Source of the DNA: Tidjanibacter sp.
Lineage (GTDB): Bacteria > Bacteroidota > Bacteroidia > Bacteroidales > Rikenellaceae
Length of the DNA: 64,000 nucleotides
NCBI GenBank assembly: GCA_045634145.1
Contig: JAZQZS010000005.1
Location: 32,492 to 96,491, forward strand
Direction of reading: 5' to 3'
The position numbers and the translations under genes were made by a program. The notes beneath the pieces are model-generated. The model was not told the origin of the DNA and did not search any database. It saw nothing but the letters and a program-made list of their open reading frames with translations. This document shows positions 16,836 through 25,555 of the stretch, piece after piece. Position 1 is the first letter of the stretch, and each line of letters opens with the position of its first letter.

Positions 16836-17750
16836 ATGAAACGTATATCAAAACTTCTCTTGATTGCTGTGGCCGCAATGGGCCTTGTAAATGTGTCGTG
16901 CTCTAAAAATCCCGGCATTCGTGGCGTGGAGCACGTTGTGGTAATCGGCCTCGACGGCTTTGCGGGCAACACCGTGGAGACGGCCGAGATGCCTACCCTC
17001 AAAGCTATGATGGCCGAGGGCGCTTGGACCTTGCAGGCTCGTAGTATCCTCCCCTCGTCGAGCGCTTGTAACTGGGCCTCGATGTTTATGGGCGTGGGTC
17101 CCGAGATGCACGGCTACAACACTTGGGGTAGCAGCAAGCCCGACTTTCCATCAATCTATCTGGGCGAGCACGGTATCTTCCCAACCATCTTCACCATCCT
17201 CAAAGAACAGCACCCCGAGGCGAAAACTATGGCAATGTATGAGTGGCACGTTCAGGCCTGTCTAATCGACTCGATGGCCGTAGACCACTACCGCTATATT
17301 CCCGTGGGCGATAGCCGCAGTGCCGACCTTACTAACGCCTATGCCGACTACATCAAGGCCGAGAAACCCCACCTCTCGATGGCTCTCTACGACACTCCCG
17401 ACTACGAGGGTCACCACTACGGCTGGGGCTCGGATATCTATTATAGCCGCCTGACCGAGATGGATGCCCACATTGCAACCATCATCGAGGCAACCAAAGA
17501 GGCGGGTATCTACGACAAGACTATCTTTATGATTGTGGCCGACCACGGTGGTATCGATATGGGCCACGGCCGTACTTCGATGGCCGAGATGGAGGCTCCT
17601 CTGGTATTCTTCGGCAAGGGTGTTAAGAAGGGCCACAAGATTGCCGCTCCCGTGGTGCGCTACGATACTGCTCCCACCATTGCCTACATCTTGGGCTTGC
17701 AGACCCCCTCTGTGTGGCGCGGACGTGCCATTACCGAGGTATTCGAGTAG
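16836..17750 (+). CDS. alkaline-phosphatase superfamily lipoprotein (nucleotide pyrophosphatase/phosphodiesterase-like)
   Basis: 304 aa; lipoprotein signal ..GLVNVSCSK; metal-site pattern VVVIGLDGF and ..ADHGG.. typical of the NPP/type I phosphodiesterase family. Confidence 0.75.
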   Translation: MKRISKLLLIAVAAMGLVNVSCSKNPGIRGVEHVVVIGLDGFAGNTVETAEMPTLKAMMAEGAWTLQARSILPSSSACNWASMFMGVGPEMHGYNTWGSSKPDFPSIYLGEHGIFPTIFTILKEQHPEAKTMAMYEWHVQACLIDSMAVDHYRYIPVGDSRSADLTNAYADYIKAEKPHLSMALYDTPDYEGHHYGWGSDIYYSRLTEMDAHIATIIEATKEAGIYDKTIFMIVADHGGIDMGHGRTSMAEMEAPLVFFGKGVKKGHKIAAPVVRYDTAPTIAYILGLQTPSVWRGRAITEVFE

Positions 17751-17792
17751 GCGCAAAAAGAGAGAGAATTAGGTTTAGTTTAGGAAATATAG

Positions 17793-18203
17793 ATGAAAGG
17801 TAATAATAGAGAGCTCTGGCGAGTAGTCAAGTTTGTGCTCTTCTCGGCCAGCGCAGGAGTGATTCAGATTGGGTCGTTTGCCCTCTTCAACGAGCTTACG
17901 GGGTGGCCCTATTGGCCCAGCTATCTGCTGTCGTTGCTGTTGTCGATACTCTGGAACTTTACACTTAACCGCAAATTTACCTTCCAGTCGGCGGCCAATG
18001 TGCCCGCAGCAATGCTCAAAGTCTTGGGCTACTACTGCGTCTTTACCCCCACGACCACCCTGTTGGGTAATTGGCTGGTGGAGGGGCTGATGTGGAACGA
18101 GTATCTGGTTACGGGACTTAATATGTTGCTCAACCTCTCGACCGAGTACCTCTTTCAGCGCTACGTTGTCTACCGCAATCAGGTGGACAATAGGGCACAA
18201 TAA
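17793..18203 (+). CDS. GtrA family membrane protein
   Basis: 136 aa, 4 TM; ..KFVLFSASAGVIQIGSFALF.. and ..NRKFTFQS.. GtrA signature. Confidence 0.8.
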   Translation: MKGNNRELWRVVKFVLFSASAGVIQIGSFALFNELTGWPYWPSYLLSLLLSILWNFTLNRKFTFQSAANVPAAMLKVLGYYCVFTPTTTLLGNWLVEGLMWNEYLVTGLNMLLNLSTEYLFQRYVVYRNQVDNRAQ

Positions 18204-18277
18204 GAGCCTACGGTCATATACCTATTAAATAAAACACCCCTCTTGGTTGCTCCAAGAGGGGTGTTTTGTGTGTTTTG

Positions 18278-19429
18278 CTATTTCGATTGCGTTGTCATCA
18301 GTCGGTAGAGTTCCTCGATGGTGTCGGCCGTGGCGTCCCACGAGAAACGATACTTCTCTCGTTCTATGCCCTGGCGGTAACGCTCCAAGTTACCCTCCTG
18401 CCAAGCCCTCTCGATAGCCTCGGCAACACTCTCGGCACTCACATCGGCCAACAATCCCACCACGTCGTGGCGGACAATCTCTGCCAAGCCTCCCACGCGC
18501 GTAACTATCATAGGTACTCCAAATGCATAGGCCACCTGGGTAACGCCGCTCTGGGTTGCAGACTTGTAGGGCAGGGCCACCATCTCGGCCACCGAGAAGT
18601 AGTCGGCCACCTCTCCGTCGGGCACAAAGCGGGTGTGCATAACTACCTCGCTCTCCAAGCCAAGGCGGGCAATCTGCTCGACATACTTGGTGTCGTCGCC
18701 GTAGACTTCGCCCACAACGAGCAGTTTGCGACCCTCGGTCAAGCCCCTCTTGTGGAGCATAGCCCAAGCCTCTATGAGCAGGTCGAGCCCCTTGTAGTCG
18801 CGGATGTAGCCGAAGAACATCACATACTTGTTGTTCGGGTCGAGCCCCAAGTGGGCACACGCCTCGGTGCGCTCCTTCTTAGAGCCGTAGGTGTCGAACA
18901 GAGGGTGGGGCGAAAAGAGTGCAGGGCGACCTGTGTGGTAGGTGTCGAGGTCGGCCTTTACAGCCTCGGACATATAGACAAAACCGTCGCACGAGCCCAG
19001 AAAATAGCGGTTCAGCAGGCGGTCGTAGAAGTGATTTTCGTGGGGAGTGATGTTGTCCACGTGGATAGCCACCTTGGTGTGACCATTCTTGCGGGCCAGG
19101 CGGCAGATGGTGCCAAAGCAGGGAGCCATCAGAGGGGTCCAATACTTCAACACCACAAGGTCGGGCCTCTGGCGACGCAGCTTGCGACCTACTCGTAGCC
19201 ACGAGAAGGGATTTACGGTGCTCACGGTGCGCTCTATGGCGAGATCGTCGGGGGCTGCTCCGCTACGAAACTGACTCTTGCCCGGAAAGAGCAGACGGGG
19301 GTACTGCAACGAGAAGGTGTCGATACTCACCTCGTTGCCTCGCCCCGCAAATGTGCGAGCCAGAGTTTCGATTATCGTCGCCAAACCACCCCTATACGGA
19401 TAAGCCGGCCCTATGAACTTAATTTTCAA
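18278..19429 (-). CDS. glycosyltransferase family 4
   Basis: 383 aa, GT-B fold pattern (..PYKSATQSGVTQVAYAFGVPMIVTRVGGLAEIV..). The only usable start is the TTG at 19429-19427, inside the heptamer array, with an in-frame TGA two codons upstream. Confidence 0.85.
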   Translation of the reverse strand: MKIKFIGPAYPYRGGLATIIETLARTFAGRGNEVSIDTFSLQYPRLLFPGKSQFRSGAAPDDLAIERTVSTVNPFSWLRVGRKLRRQRPDLVVLKYWTPLMAPCFGTICRLARKNGHTKVAIHVDNITPHENHFYDRLLNRYFLGSCDGFVYMSEAVKADLDTYHTGRPALFSPHPLFDTYGSKKERTEACAHLGLDPNNKYVMFFGYIRDYKGLDLLIEAWAMLHKRGLTEGRKLLVVGEVYGDDTKYVEQIARLGLESEVVMHTRFVPDGEVADYFSVAEMVALPYKSATQSGVTQVAYAFGVPMIVTRVGGLAEIVRHDVVGLLADVSAESVAEAIERAWQEGNLERYRQGIEREKYRFSWDATADTIEELYRLMTTQSK

Positions 19430-19453
19430 CTTTCAATTCTCAATTTTCAATTC
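19419..19453 (-). repeat. tandem heptamer array, 4 units plus 1 degenerate (TCAAYTY)
   Basis: ttaattt tcaactt tcaattc tcaattt tcaattc. Fills the gap between the ClC stop (19459) and the GT4 start. Confidence 0.85.
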
Positions 19454-19458
19454 GGACT

Positions 19459-21252
19459 CTACTCTTGGGTCATTTCGCGCAGTTTTTCGCGATAGGCCGT
19501 AAGGATGTTCGACTTGCTCAGGAAGCCCTGATAGCGGCCCTCCTTGTCCACCACGGGCAGGTTCCACGCACCCGTCTGCTCGAACTTTTCGAGAACGCTG
19601 GTGGCCGACTCGGTGATGGTAATGATGTCGGGCGGAGTGGTCATATAGCGCTTAACCGAGTTGGGGTACTTGGTCTGGTCGAACATATCTTTCCTAAGGC
19701 GGTCGAACTCGATGACGCCCAGCAGTTTGCCCTCGCTGTCGATTACGGGGAAGATGTTGCGCTTGGTGTGGGGAATAACCTTCACAACCATATCTCCCAG
19801 CGTGTCATACTCGCCCACGCTGAGGATGTCGGTCTCGACCAACTCGCGGATCGAGAGAATTACGCTCACGGCTTGGTCTTTGTCGTGGGTGAGCAGCTGT
19901 CCCTTCTTGCGGAGCGACTTGGTGTAGATCGAGTCGGGCTCCAAGTAGCGGTCGATAACGTAGGAGACGCACGACACCAGCATCAGCGGAACGAAGAGCT
20001 GGTAGGCACTCGAAATCTCGGCAATAAGGAAGACTGCCGTTAGCGGAGCCTTCATCACACCACTCATAATGCCCGCCATACCCACCAACGAGAAGGCGGC
20101 AATCGAGAGATCCATACCGAGCCAGGTGTTGCACACATAGGCCACAATGGCACCCATAAATGCTCCCACGAAGAGCGAGGGTGCAAATGTACCACCCACA
20201 CCTCCTGCGGCATTGGTCACGGCCATTGCGATCACCTTGAAGAACATAATGCCCAGCAGGTAGATCAACACCACCAACTCCATACCCTGAAAACGGTAGA
20301 AGGGTGAGTTATTGAAGACGGTACCGATGTCGCCCTTCATAAAGTTGTGGAACACCCCGTAGCCCTCGCCATACAAGGCGGGGAAGATGATAATCAGCAC
20401 ACCCAGAGCCAGACCGCCCGAAAGCCACTTGCCCCATTGGGTCTTGATGCGGCCAAAGCGAGCCTTGATGCGGAAGTTGGTGCTGGTAAAGTAGTAGCAC
20501 ATAAGTCCGCACAGCACGGCCAGAACGGTGTAGATAGGTATGTGGGAGAGAGTTAGCGAGGGAATGTCGGCCGAGAGCATAGGCTCAAAGCCACGCACCA
20601 CAAAGGTCAGAGTCACGGCCGTTACCGACGAGATAATCAGCGGGATGATGGCCGTCATACTCATATCGAGCAACAGAATCTCCATCACGAAGATTACACC
20701 CGTAATGGGGGCCTTGAAGATGGCCGAGAGGGCTGCCGCCACACCACACGCCAACATAAGCGTCAGGGTGCGGTAGTTGAGCTTCATCAGTCGGCCAATG
20801 TTGGAGCCGATGGCTGCACCGGTCAGCACAATGGGGGCCTCGGGACCCACCGAACCACCAAAACCGATGGTCAGAGCACCGCCCACCACCGACGAGTAAC
20901 AGTTGTGGGGCTTGATGACCGACGAGTCGGTACTCATAGCTTTGAGCACCTTGGTCACACCCTCCGAGATATCGTCTTTGATGATAAAGCGTACAAAAAT
21001 GGTGGCCAGAATGATACCCACGGCGGGGTAGACCAGATAGAGCCAACCGATCTGCTCCACGGCAAACCAGCTTGTCAGGCCGTGTTTGATGAGTTCGAGC
21101 AACCACTCGAAGATGCAGGTCACACCACCTGCCACAAGGCCGATGATTATGGCCAAAATGAAGGTCAGCTGGCGTATGTTTATGCGCCTGCTCTGCACCG
21201 AAAGCCAGAGTTGTGCTCTCTGCAAAAGTGTCTGTCTGCCGTTCATCTGCAT
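19459..21252 (-). CDS. ClC-family chloride channel/antiporter with C-terminal CBS pair
   Basis: 597 aa, multi-TM; selectivity-filter-like GSVGPEAP and GVMKAPLT; two CBS-like modules at the C-terminus. Confidence 0.9.
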   Translation of the reverse strand: MQMNGRQTLLQRAQLWLSVQSRRINIRQLTFILAIIIGLVAGGVTCIFEWLLELIKHGLTSWFAVEQIGWLYLVYPAVGIILATIFVRFIIKDDISEGVTKVLKAMSTDSSVIKPHNCYSSVVGGALTIGFGGSVGPEAPIVLTGAAIGSNIGRLMKLNYRTLTLMLACGVAAALSAIFKAPITGVIFVMEILLLDMSMTAIIPLIISSVTAVTLTFVVRGFEPMLSADIPSLTLSHIPIYTVLAVLCGLMCYYFTSTNFRIKARFGRIKTQWGKWLSGGLALGVLIIIFPALYGEGYGVFHNFMKGDIGTVFNNSPFYRFQGMELVVLIYLLGIMFFKVIAMAVTNAAGGVGGTFAPSLFVGAFMGAIVAYVCNTWLGMDLSIAAFSLVGMAGIMSGVMKAPLTAVFLIAEISSAYQLFVPLMLVSCVSYVIDRYLEPDSIYTKSLRKKGQLLTHDKDQAVSVILSIRELVETDILSVGEYDTLGDMVVKVIPHTKRNIFPVIDSEGKLLGVIEFDRLRKDMFDQTKYPNSVKRYMTTPPDIITITESATSVLEKFEQTGAWNLPVVDKEGRYQGFLSKSNILTAYREKLREMTQE

Positions 21253-21282
21253 ATTGCTCTTTTGTACTTCTTTTTGGACTTA

Positions 21283-21302
21283 GGTCGTTTAGACGTTAGA
21301 CC
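21283..21302. repeat. GTCTAAC-type heptamers in inverted orientation, within a small hairpin
   Basis: Reverse complement reads ggtctaac gtctaaa cgacc. TTAGGTC (21280-21286) pairs with GACCTAA (21299-21305). Overlaps the trpS stop. Confidence 0.5.
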
Positions 21303-22297
21303 TAAAAGTGGTAGATACCCATAATCTCACGCACGTTGCGGATGGTTTCGTCGGCACTCTTGCGCGCCTTTTCGGCACCCATCTGGGTAACCTCGTGGAG
21401 GTAGCGCTCGTTGTTGCGAATATCCTCGATACGCTCGCGGATGGGGGCTACGCAGTTGATGATATCCTCGGCCAACTGCTTTTTCAGGTCGCCGTAGCGA
21501 ATCTCACACGAGGCATACTTCTCTTTGAAGTACTCGATGGTGTCGGGAGTCGAAACAGCCTCCATAATGGTGAAGATGTTCTGAATAGGCTCCGAAATGG
21601 GCGAGTTGGGCTCGGTGGGACCGCTGTCGGTCACAGCCTTCATCACCTTCTTGCGAATTACGTTGTCGGGATCCGAGAGGTAGATGCCGTTACCCTCACT
21701 CTTGCCCATCTTGCCGCTGCCGTCCAATCCGGGAATCTTTACAAGGTCTTTGCCAAAGTTGAAGGGGGCAACCTCCTCGTTGAAGTAGTCGGTCTTGTAG
21801 AGCTGGTTGAAACGGTGAGCGAGTTTGCGGGTCATCTCGAGGTGCTGCTCCTGATCTTTGCCCACGGGTACGAAGTCGGCCCTGTGGAGCAGGATGTCCG
21901 AAGCCATCAGCACGGGGTAGTTGAGCAGACCGATGTTTACGTTGTTGGGGTTCTTACGCACTTTGTCCTTGAACGAGGCGGTACGCTCCAACTCGCCAAC
22001 ATAGGCGTGCATACCCAGCAGCAGCGACAATTCGGCCACCTGGGGCACGTCGCTCTGAACATAGATTGTTGCCTTCTCGGGGTCGATGCCTGCGGCCAGG
22101 TACTCCGAGAGTATGTTGCGCACGTTGCCGTGGAGGATTGTTGGGTCGGGGTGTGTGGTCAGCGAGTGGTAGTCGGCGATGAAGAAGAAACACTCGGCCT
22201 CGTCTTGCAATTTAACAAAATTGCGCAGGGCACCGAAGTAGTTGCCAAGGTGAAGCTGTCCGGTCGAACGAATGCCACTCAATACTCTTTTTTTCAT
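21302..22297 (-). CDS. trpS: tryptophan--tRNA ligase
   Basis: HIGH-type HLGNY and KMSKS-type KMGKS motifs. Start taken at MKKRVLSGIRSTG (22297); the 34-aa ORF-track extension would cover the promoter. Confidence 0.93.
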   Translation of the reverse strand: MKKRVLSGIRSTGQLHLGNYFGALRNFVKLQDEAECFFFIADYHSLTTHPDPTILHGNVRNILSEYLAAGIDPEKATIYVQSDVPQVAELSLLLGMHAYVGELERTASFKDKVRKNPNNVNIGLLNYPVLMASDILLHRADFVPVGKDQEQHLEMTRKLAHRFNQLYKTDYFNEEVAPFNFGKDLVKIPGLDGSGKMGKSEGNGIYLSDPDNVIRKKVMKAVTDSGPTEPNSPISEPIQNIFTIMEAVSTPDTIEYFKEKYASCEIRYGDLKKQLAEDIINCVAPIRERIEDIRNNERYLHEVTQMGAEKARKSADETIRNVREIMGIYHF

Positions 22298-22346
22298 ATC
22301 TGTATAAGTTATTTTTAGTTTTTCGCGAAAAATTCTCTTTGAACTA

Positions 22347-22379
22347 CAAAAATACATTTTATTTGCCGATATCCCCAAA
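22347..22379 (-). promoter_or_regulatory. canonical Bacteroidota promoter for trpS
   Basis: Minus strand: TTTG (22379-22376), N21, TATTTTTG (22354-22347). Confidence 0.55.
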
Positions 22380-22388
22380 TAAATTATG

Positions 22389-22409
22389 TACTTTTGCACA
22401 ATAATTTTG
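22389..22409 (+). promoter_or_regulatory. two -7-type boxes upstream of the ABC transporter gene
   Basis: TACTTTTG (22389-22396) and TAATTTTG (22402-22409). No well-spaced TTTG -33 box: the nearest gives N23. Confidence 0.3.
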
Positions 22410-22446
22410 GCCCGCGTGGCGATTGGTAGTGAGAAAATAACACCTT

Positions 22447-24285
22447 ATGAAGATATATTGGCGATTGCTCGGCTTTGCCCGACCCCTTGGCAAGTATGCC
22501 GTTCCTTACTTTTTTTACACCCTTTTTTACGCTCTGTTCAACACGTTCAACTTCGTGATGATCATCCCCTTGCTGCGTACTCTGTTTGGTGCCGAGGGGG
22601 CTGCCGAGCTGGTTACTGTCAAGCCCGAGTTTAGCCTCAGTATCGACTATGTGACCGACCTGCTCAACTATTGGCTCTACTCGCTCTACGGAGCCGACTA
22701 CAATACCCTCAATGTGTTGGTATTTTTGGCGGCTTTTGTGACCCTGTCGGCCTTTTTGAGCAACTTGTTCCGCTACCTCGGTCAGCGTACCATCGAAAAC
22801 CTGCGAATCAACACGCTCCAAAATATGCGCAATCTGGTCTACGACAATGTCTTGGACTTGAATTTGTCGTTTTTTAGCTCGGCACGCAAGGGCGACGTTA
22901 TGAGCCGCATCACGTCGGACATCCAGACCGTCAGGTTCTGTATCGTGAACACCTTGCAGGTGGCCTTCCGCGAGCCCTTCCTGATTATCGGCTACATCGT
23001 GGCTATGGTGTCGATTTCGTGGGAGTTGAGCCTCTTTTCGATTATCTACCTCCCGCTGGTGGCTCTGTTGATTGGCTCGATTGTGAAAAAGTTGCGCCAC
23101 CCTGCACTGAAAGCACAGCAGAACTTTGGCGAACTGACCTCGGTGCTCGACGAGTCGCTCTCGGGTGTGAAGGTCATCAAGGCCTACGGAGCCGAGGGCT
23201 TCTTCAAGGGTAAATTCCGTGGCGTAAACGGCTCATATTCCAAGATTTCGCGCAGTATGATGTACCGTCAGCAGCTGGCCTCGCCTATGAGCGAATTTTT
23301 GGGCATCACCGCTGCGGCAGGTCTGCTTATCTTTGGCGGTCTGCTGGTACTCGGCGGAGAGAGCGGACTCGACGGTAGCGGCTTTATCGCCTACCTTGCA
23401 ATCTTCACCCAGATTACACGACCTATGCGCTCGTTTACCGACGCTTTTGCCAACATAAATCAGGGTATCGCTGCGGGCTCGCGTGTGCTCGAACTGCTCG
23501 ATGCCGAGAGCACCATCAAGACCCCCGAAAAGGAGGCTGTAACCCTTGGCGAGTTCAAAGACCGAATCGAGTTCCGTGGCGTGAAATTCCGCTACGACGA
23601 GGAGCGTGAGGTGCTTGGCGGTATCAACTTTACGGTCAAGAAGGGCGAGACGGTGGCTCTGGTGGGCCCCTCGGGTGGCGGTAAATCGACCATTGCCGAC
23701 CTTATTCCCCGCTTCTACGACGTTACTGCGGGCGAAGTGTTGGTCGATGGCGTAAACATCAAGCAGTACAACGTGGCCTCGCTGAGAGAGAGCATGGGTA
23801 TCGTAACTCAGGAGACCGTGCTCTTCAACGACTCCATCGAAAACAACATCCGTCTGGGCAACACCACCGCCTCGGAAGAGGATGTTGTGGCAGCCGCAAA
23901 AGTGGCCAATGCACACGAGTTTATTATGAATACCCCAGAGGGTTATAACACCAATATCGGCGACCGAGGAACGAAGTTGTCGGGCGGTCAGCGTCAGCGA
24001 CTTTGCATTGCCCGCGCCATCCTCAAAAATCCCGAAATCCTTATCCTCGACGGGGCCACCTCGGCCCTCGATACCGAGAGCGAAGTGCTCGTTCAGGAGG
24101 CCCTCGAAAAGCTGCTCAAAGGTCGCACCTCGGTGGTCATTGCACATAGGCTTAGCACCATCCGCAATGCCGATAAAATCTTGGTTGTAGACCACGGCCA
24201 GATTGTCGAGCAGGGCACCCACGAGGAGCTTATTGCCTACGGCGGACTCTACTCCAAACTTGTGGAGTTGCAGCAGCTCGATTAA
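22447..24285 (+). CDS. ABC transporter permease/ATPase half-transporter (MsbA-like exporter family)
   Basis: 612 aa; 6-TM domain plus NBD with Walker A GPSGGGKST, Q-loop, signature LSGGQRQR and H-loop AHRLST. Walker B is ILILD followed by G instead of the catalytic E. Confidence 0.9.
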   Translation: MKIYWRLLGFARPLGKYAVPYFFYTLFYALFNTFNFVMIIPLLRTLFGAEGAAELVTVKPEFSLSIDYVTDLLNYWLYSLYGADYNTLNVLVFLAAFVTLSAFLSNLFRYLGQRTIENLRINTLQNMRNLVYDNVLDLNLSFFSSARKGDVMSRITSDIQTVRFCIVNTLQVAFREPFLIIGYIVAMVSISWELSLFSIIYLPLVALLIGSIVKKLRHPALKAQQNFGELTSVLDESLSGVKVIKAYGAEGFFKGKFRGVNGSYSKISRSMMYRQQLASPMSEFLGITAAAGLLIFGGLLVLGGESGLDGSGFIAYLAIFTQITRPMRSFTDAFANINQGIAAGSRVLELLDAESTIKTPEKEAVTLGEFKDRIEFRGVKFRYDEEREVLGGINFTVKKGETVALVGPSGGGKSTIADLIPRFYDVTAGEVLVDGVNIKQYNVASLRESMGIVTQETVLFNDSIENNIRLGNTTASEEDVVAAAKVANAHEFIMNTPEGYNTNIGDRGTKLSGGQRQRLCIARAILKNPEILILDGATSALDTESEVLVQEALEKLLKGRTSVVIAHRLSTIRNADKILVVDHGQIVEQGTHEELIAYGGLYSKLVELQQLD

Positions 24286-24286
24286 C

Positions 24287-24319
24287 GTCGACCGACAACC
24301 GTCGACCGTCGACCGACAG
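24287..24319. repeat. tandem heptamer array GTCGACC type, ~4.7 units
   Basis: gtcgacc gacaacc gtcgacc gtcgacc gacag. Begins 2 nt after the ABC transporter stop codon. Confidence 0.75.
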
Positions 24320-24358
24320 AGGTGGCCTAAGTCTTTGAAATACTATAACCTAAATACT

Positions 24359-25042
24359 ATGAAAAGCCGAGTTATATCCTTCGGATTGGCAGCTGTGGCG
24401 CTGCTGATGACCGCTTGCAACAAGCCCGCAAAACCCGTAAATCTGGTGATGCATACCTCGATGGGCGACATCGCTCTGGTGCTCTACGACCAGACCCCCG
24501 CACACCGCGATAACTTCGTGGCTCTGGTGGAGCAAAACTACTTCGATTCGCTGCTCTTCCACCGCGTCATAGAGGGCTTTATGATTCAGGGTGGCGACCC
24601 CGATTCGCGCCACGCCCAGCCCGGTCAGTTCTTGGGCGAGGGAGGTCCCGATTATACCGTCGAGGCCGAGATTTTGGCACCCGAAATCTTCCACAAAAGG
24701 GGAGTGCTTGCGGCTGCTCGCGAGGGTAACGATGTGAATCCCGAACGTCGTTCGTCGGCCAGCCAATTCTATATCGTTTGGGGTGTTGTGCACACTCCCG
24801 AGAGCCTCGCCAAGCAGAGCGAACGAATGGAGATGCGCACGGGTAAGCCGCTGAGATTCACCGACGAACAATATAAGACCTACACCACCATCGGAGGTAC
24901 TCCTCACCTCGACGGAGAGTATACCGTCTTTGGCGAAGTGGTGTCGGGTTTGGAGGTTGTTGAGGCCATCCAGAAGGTCGCAACCGACGCCAACGACCGC
25001 CCCCTCGAAGATGTGAGAATCCTGACTATCGAGAGGCTCTAA
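24359..25042 (+). CDS. peptidyl-prolyl cis-trans isomerase, cyclophilin type, lipoprotein
   Basis: Start at MKSRVISFGLAAVALLMTACNKP (lipobox); cyclophilin core FHRVIEGFMIQGGDP. The ORF-track start at 24203 overlaps the ABC gene and repeat array. Confidence 0.9.
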   Translation: MKSRVISFGLAAVALLMTACNKPAKPVNLVMHTSMGDIALVLYDQTPAHRDNFVALVEQNYFDSLLFHRVIEGFMIQGGDPDSRHAQPGQFLGEGGPDYTVEAEILAPEIFHKRGVLAAAREGNDVNPERRSSASQFYIVWGVVHTPESLAKQSERMEMRTGKPLRFTDEQYKTYTTIGGTPHLDGEYTVFGEVVSGLEVVEAIQKVATDANDRPLEDVRILTIERL

Positions 25043-25149
25043 ATCGGCTCTCTCGTTGGTCTGTTTGTGGCCGACTCATCGTCTGTTTGTCGGCCCATTC
25101 AGTTTTTTCGCTCTACTTTCTGTAATAAAAAATCAACCATTCTGCATAG

Positions 25150-25183
25150 GGTGTGCTAATTTTCCTTTTAGCACACCTTTTTA
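25150..25183 (+). terminator. intrinsic terminator candidate after the cyclophilin gene
   Basis: GGTGTGCTAA-ttttcctt-TTAGCACACC: perfect 10-bp stem followed by TTTTT. Confidence 0.45.
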
Positions 25184-25216
25184 TGTTCCATTTTGCTGTT
25201 TTGTATGTGCAAAATA

Positions 25217-25225
25217 CCCCCCCCC
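25217..25225. repeat. C9 homopolymer upstream of the polysaccharide-locus promoter
   Basis: aaaataCCCCCCCCCgaag. About 115 nt upstream of the -33 box at 25339. Confidence 0.9.
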
Positions 25226-25338
25226 GAAGTTTTTTAGGCAAATTTGATTTTTGGCCCATTTTAGCGTGTAATGCGTTGATAACTAGGGTGGTATGGCGCT
25301 TGTTGGCTTTTGGGGGCCGCAAAATAGTTTGTTATTTC

Positions 25339-25369
25339 TTTGTTTACAAAATCTTAATTATTATCTTTG
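25339..25369 (+). promoter_or_regulatory. canonical Bacteroidota promoter of the polysaccharide locus
   Basis: TTTG (25339-25342), N19, TATCTTTG (25362-25369). Leaves a ~180-nt leader before upxY, as is typical for UpxY-controlled operons. Confidence 0.55.
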
Positions 25370-25555
25370 TAGTTGCAGTATCCATACATTTATGTGGCTG
25401 AGATATTGCACTTTACGACCAAAATTCCCCGCTGTGGGGCGTAACTAATTGTATATCACCGTATTGAGTGGTGTGCAATGTCCCCTTGCTATACTCTTTT
25501 GTGAAGGTATGCGGGGGTGCGGAGGCCGAATCTAAGGGCCTCGAAAAGTCACCAA

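Noticed and set aside
21302-22399. N-terminally extended ORF-track models: trpS to 22399, rsmE to 13066, cyclophilin from 24203, aminotransferase to 63203, DUF4199 gene from 53988, GT2 from 54598, wbuC from 32739.
   Set aside because: The extensions cover promoters, terminators, repeat arrays or the preceding gene. Family-typical N-termini or signal peptides begin at internal ATGs, so I used the shorter coordinates.
25043-25555. Invertible (shufflon-type) promoter for the polysaccharide locus, as in Bacteroides fragilis.
   Set aside because: I found no pair of inverted repeats flanking the predicted promoter (25339-25369), only two local terminator-like hairpins upstream. No site-specific recombinase gene lies nearby. 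The promoter is already in the ON orientation relative to upxY.
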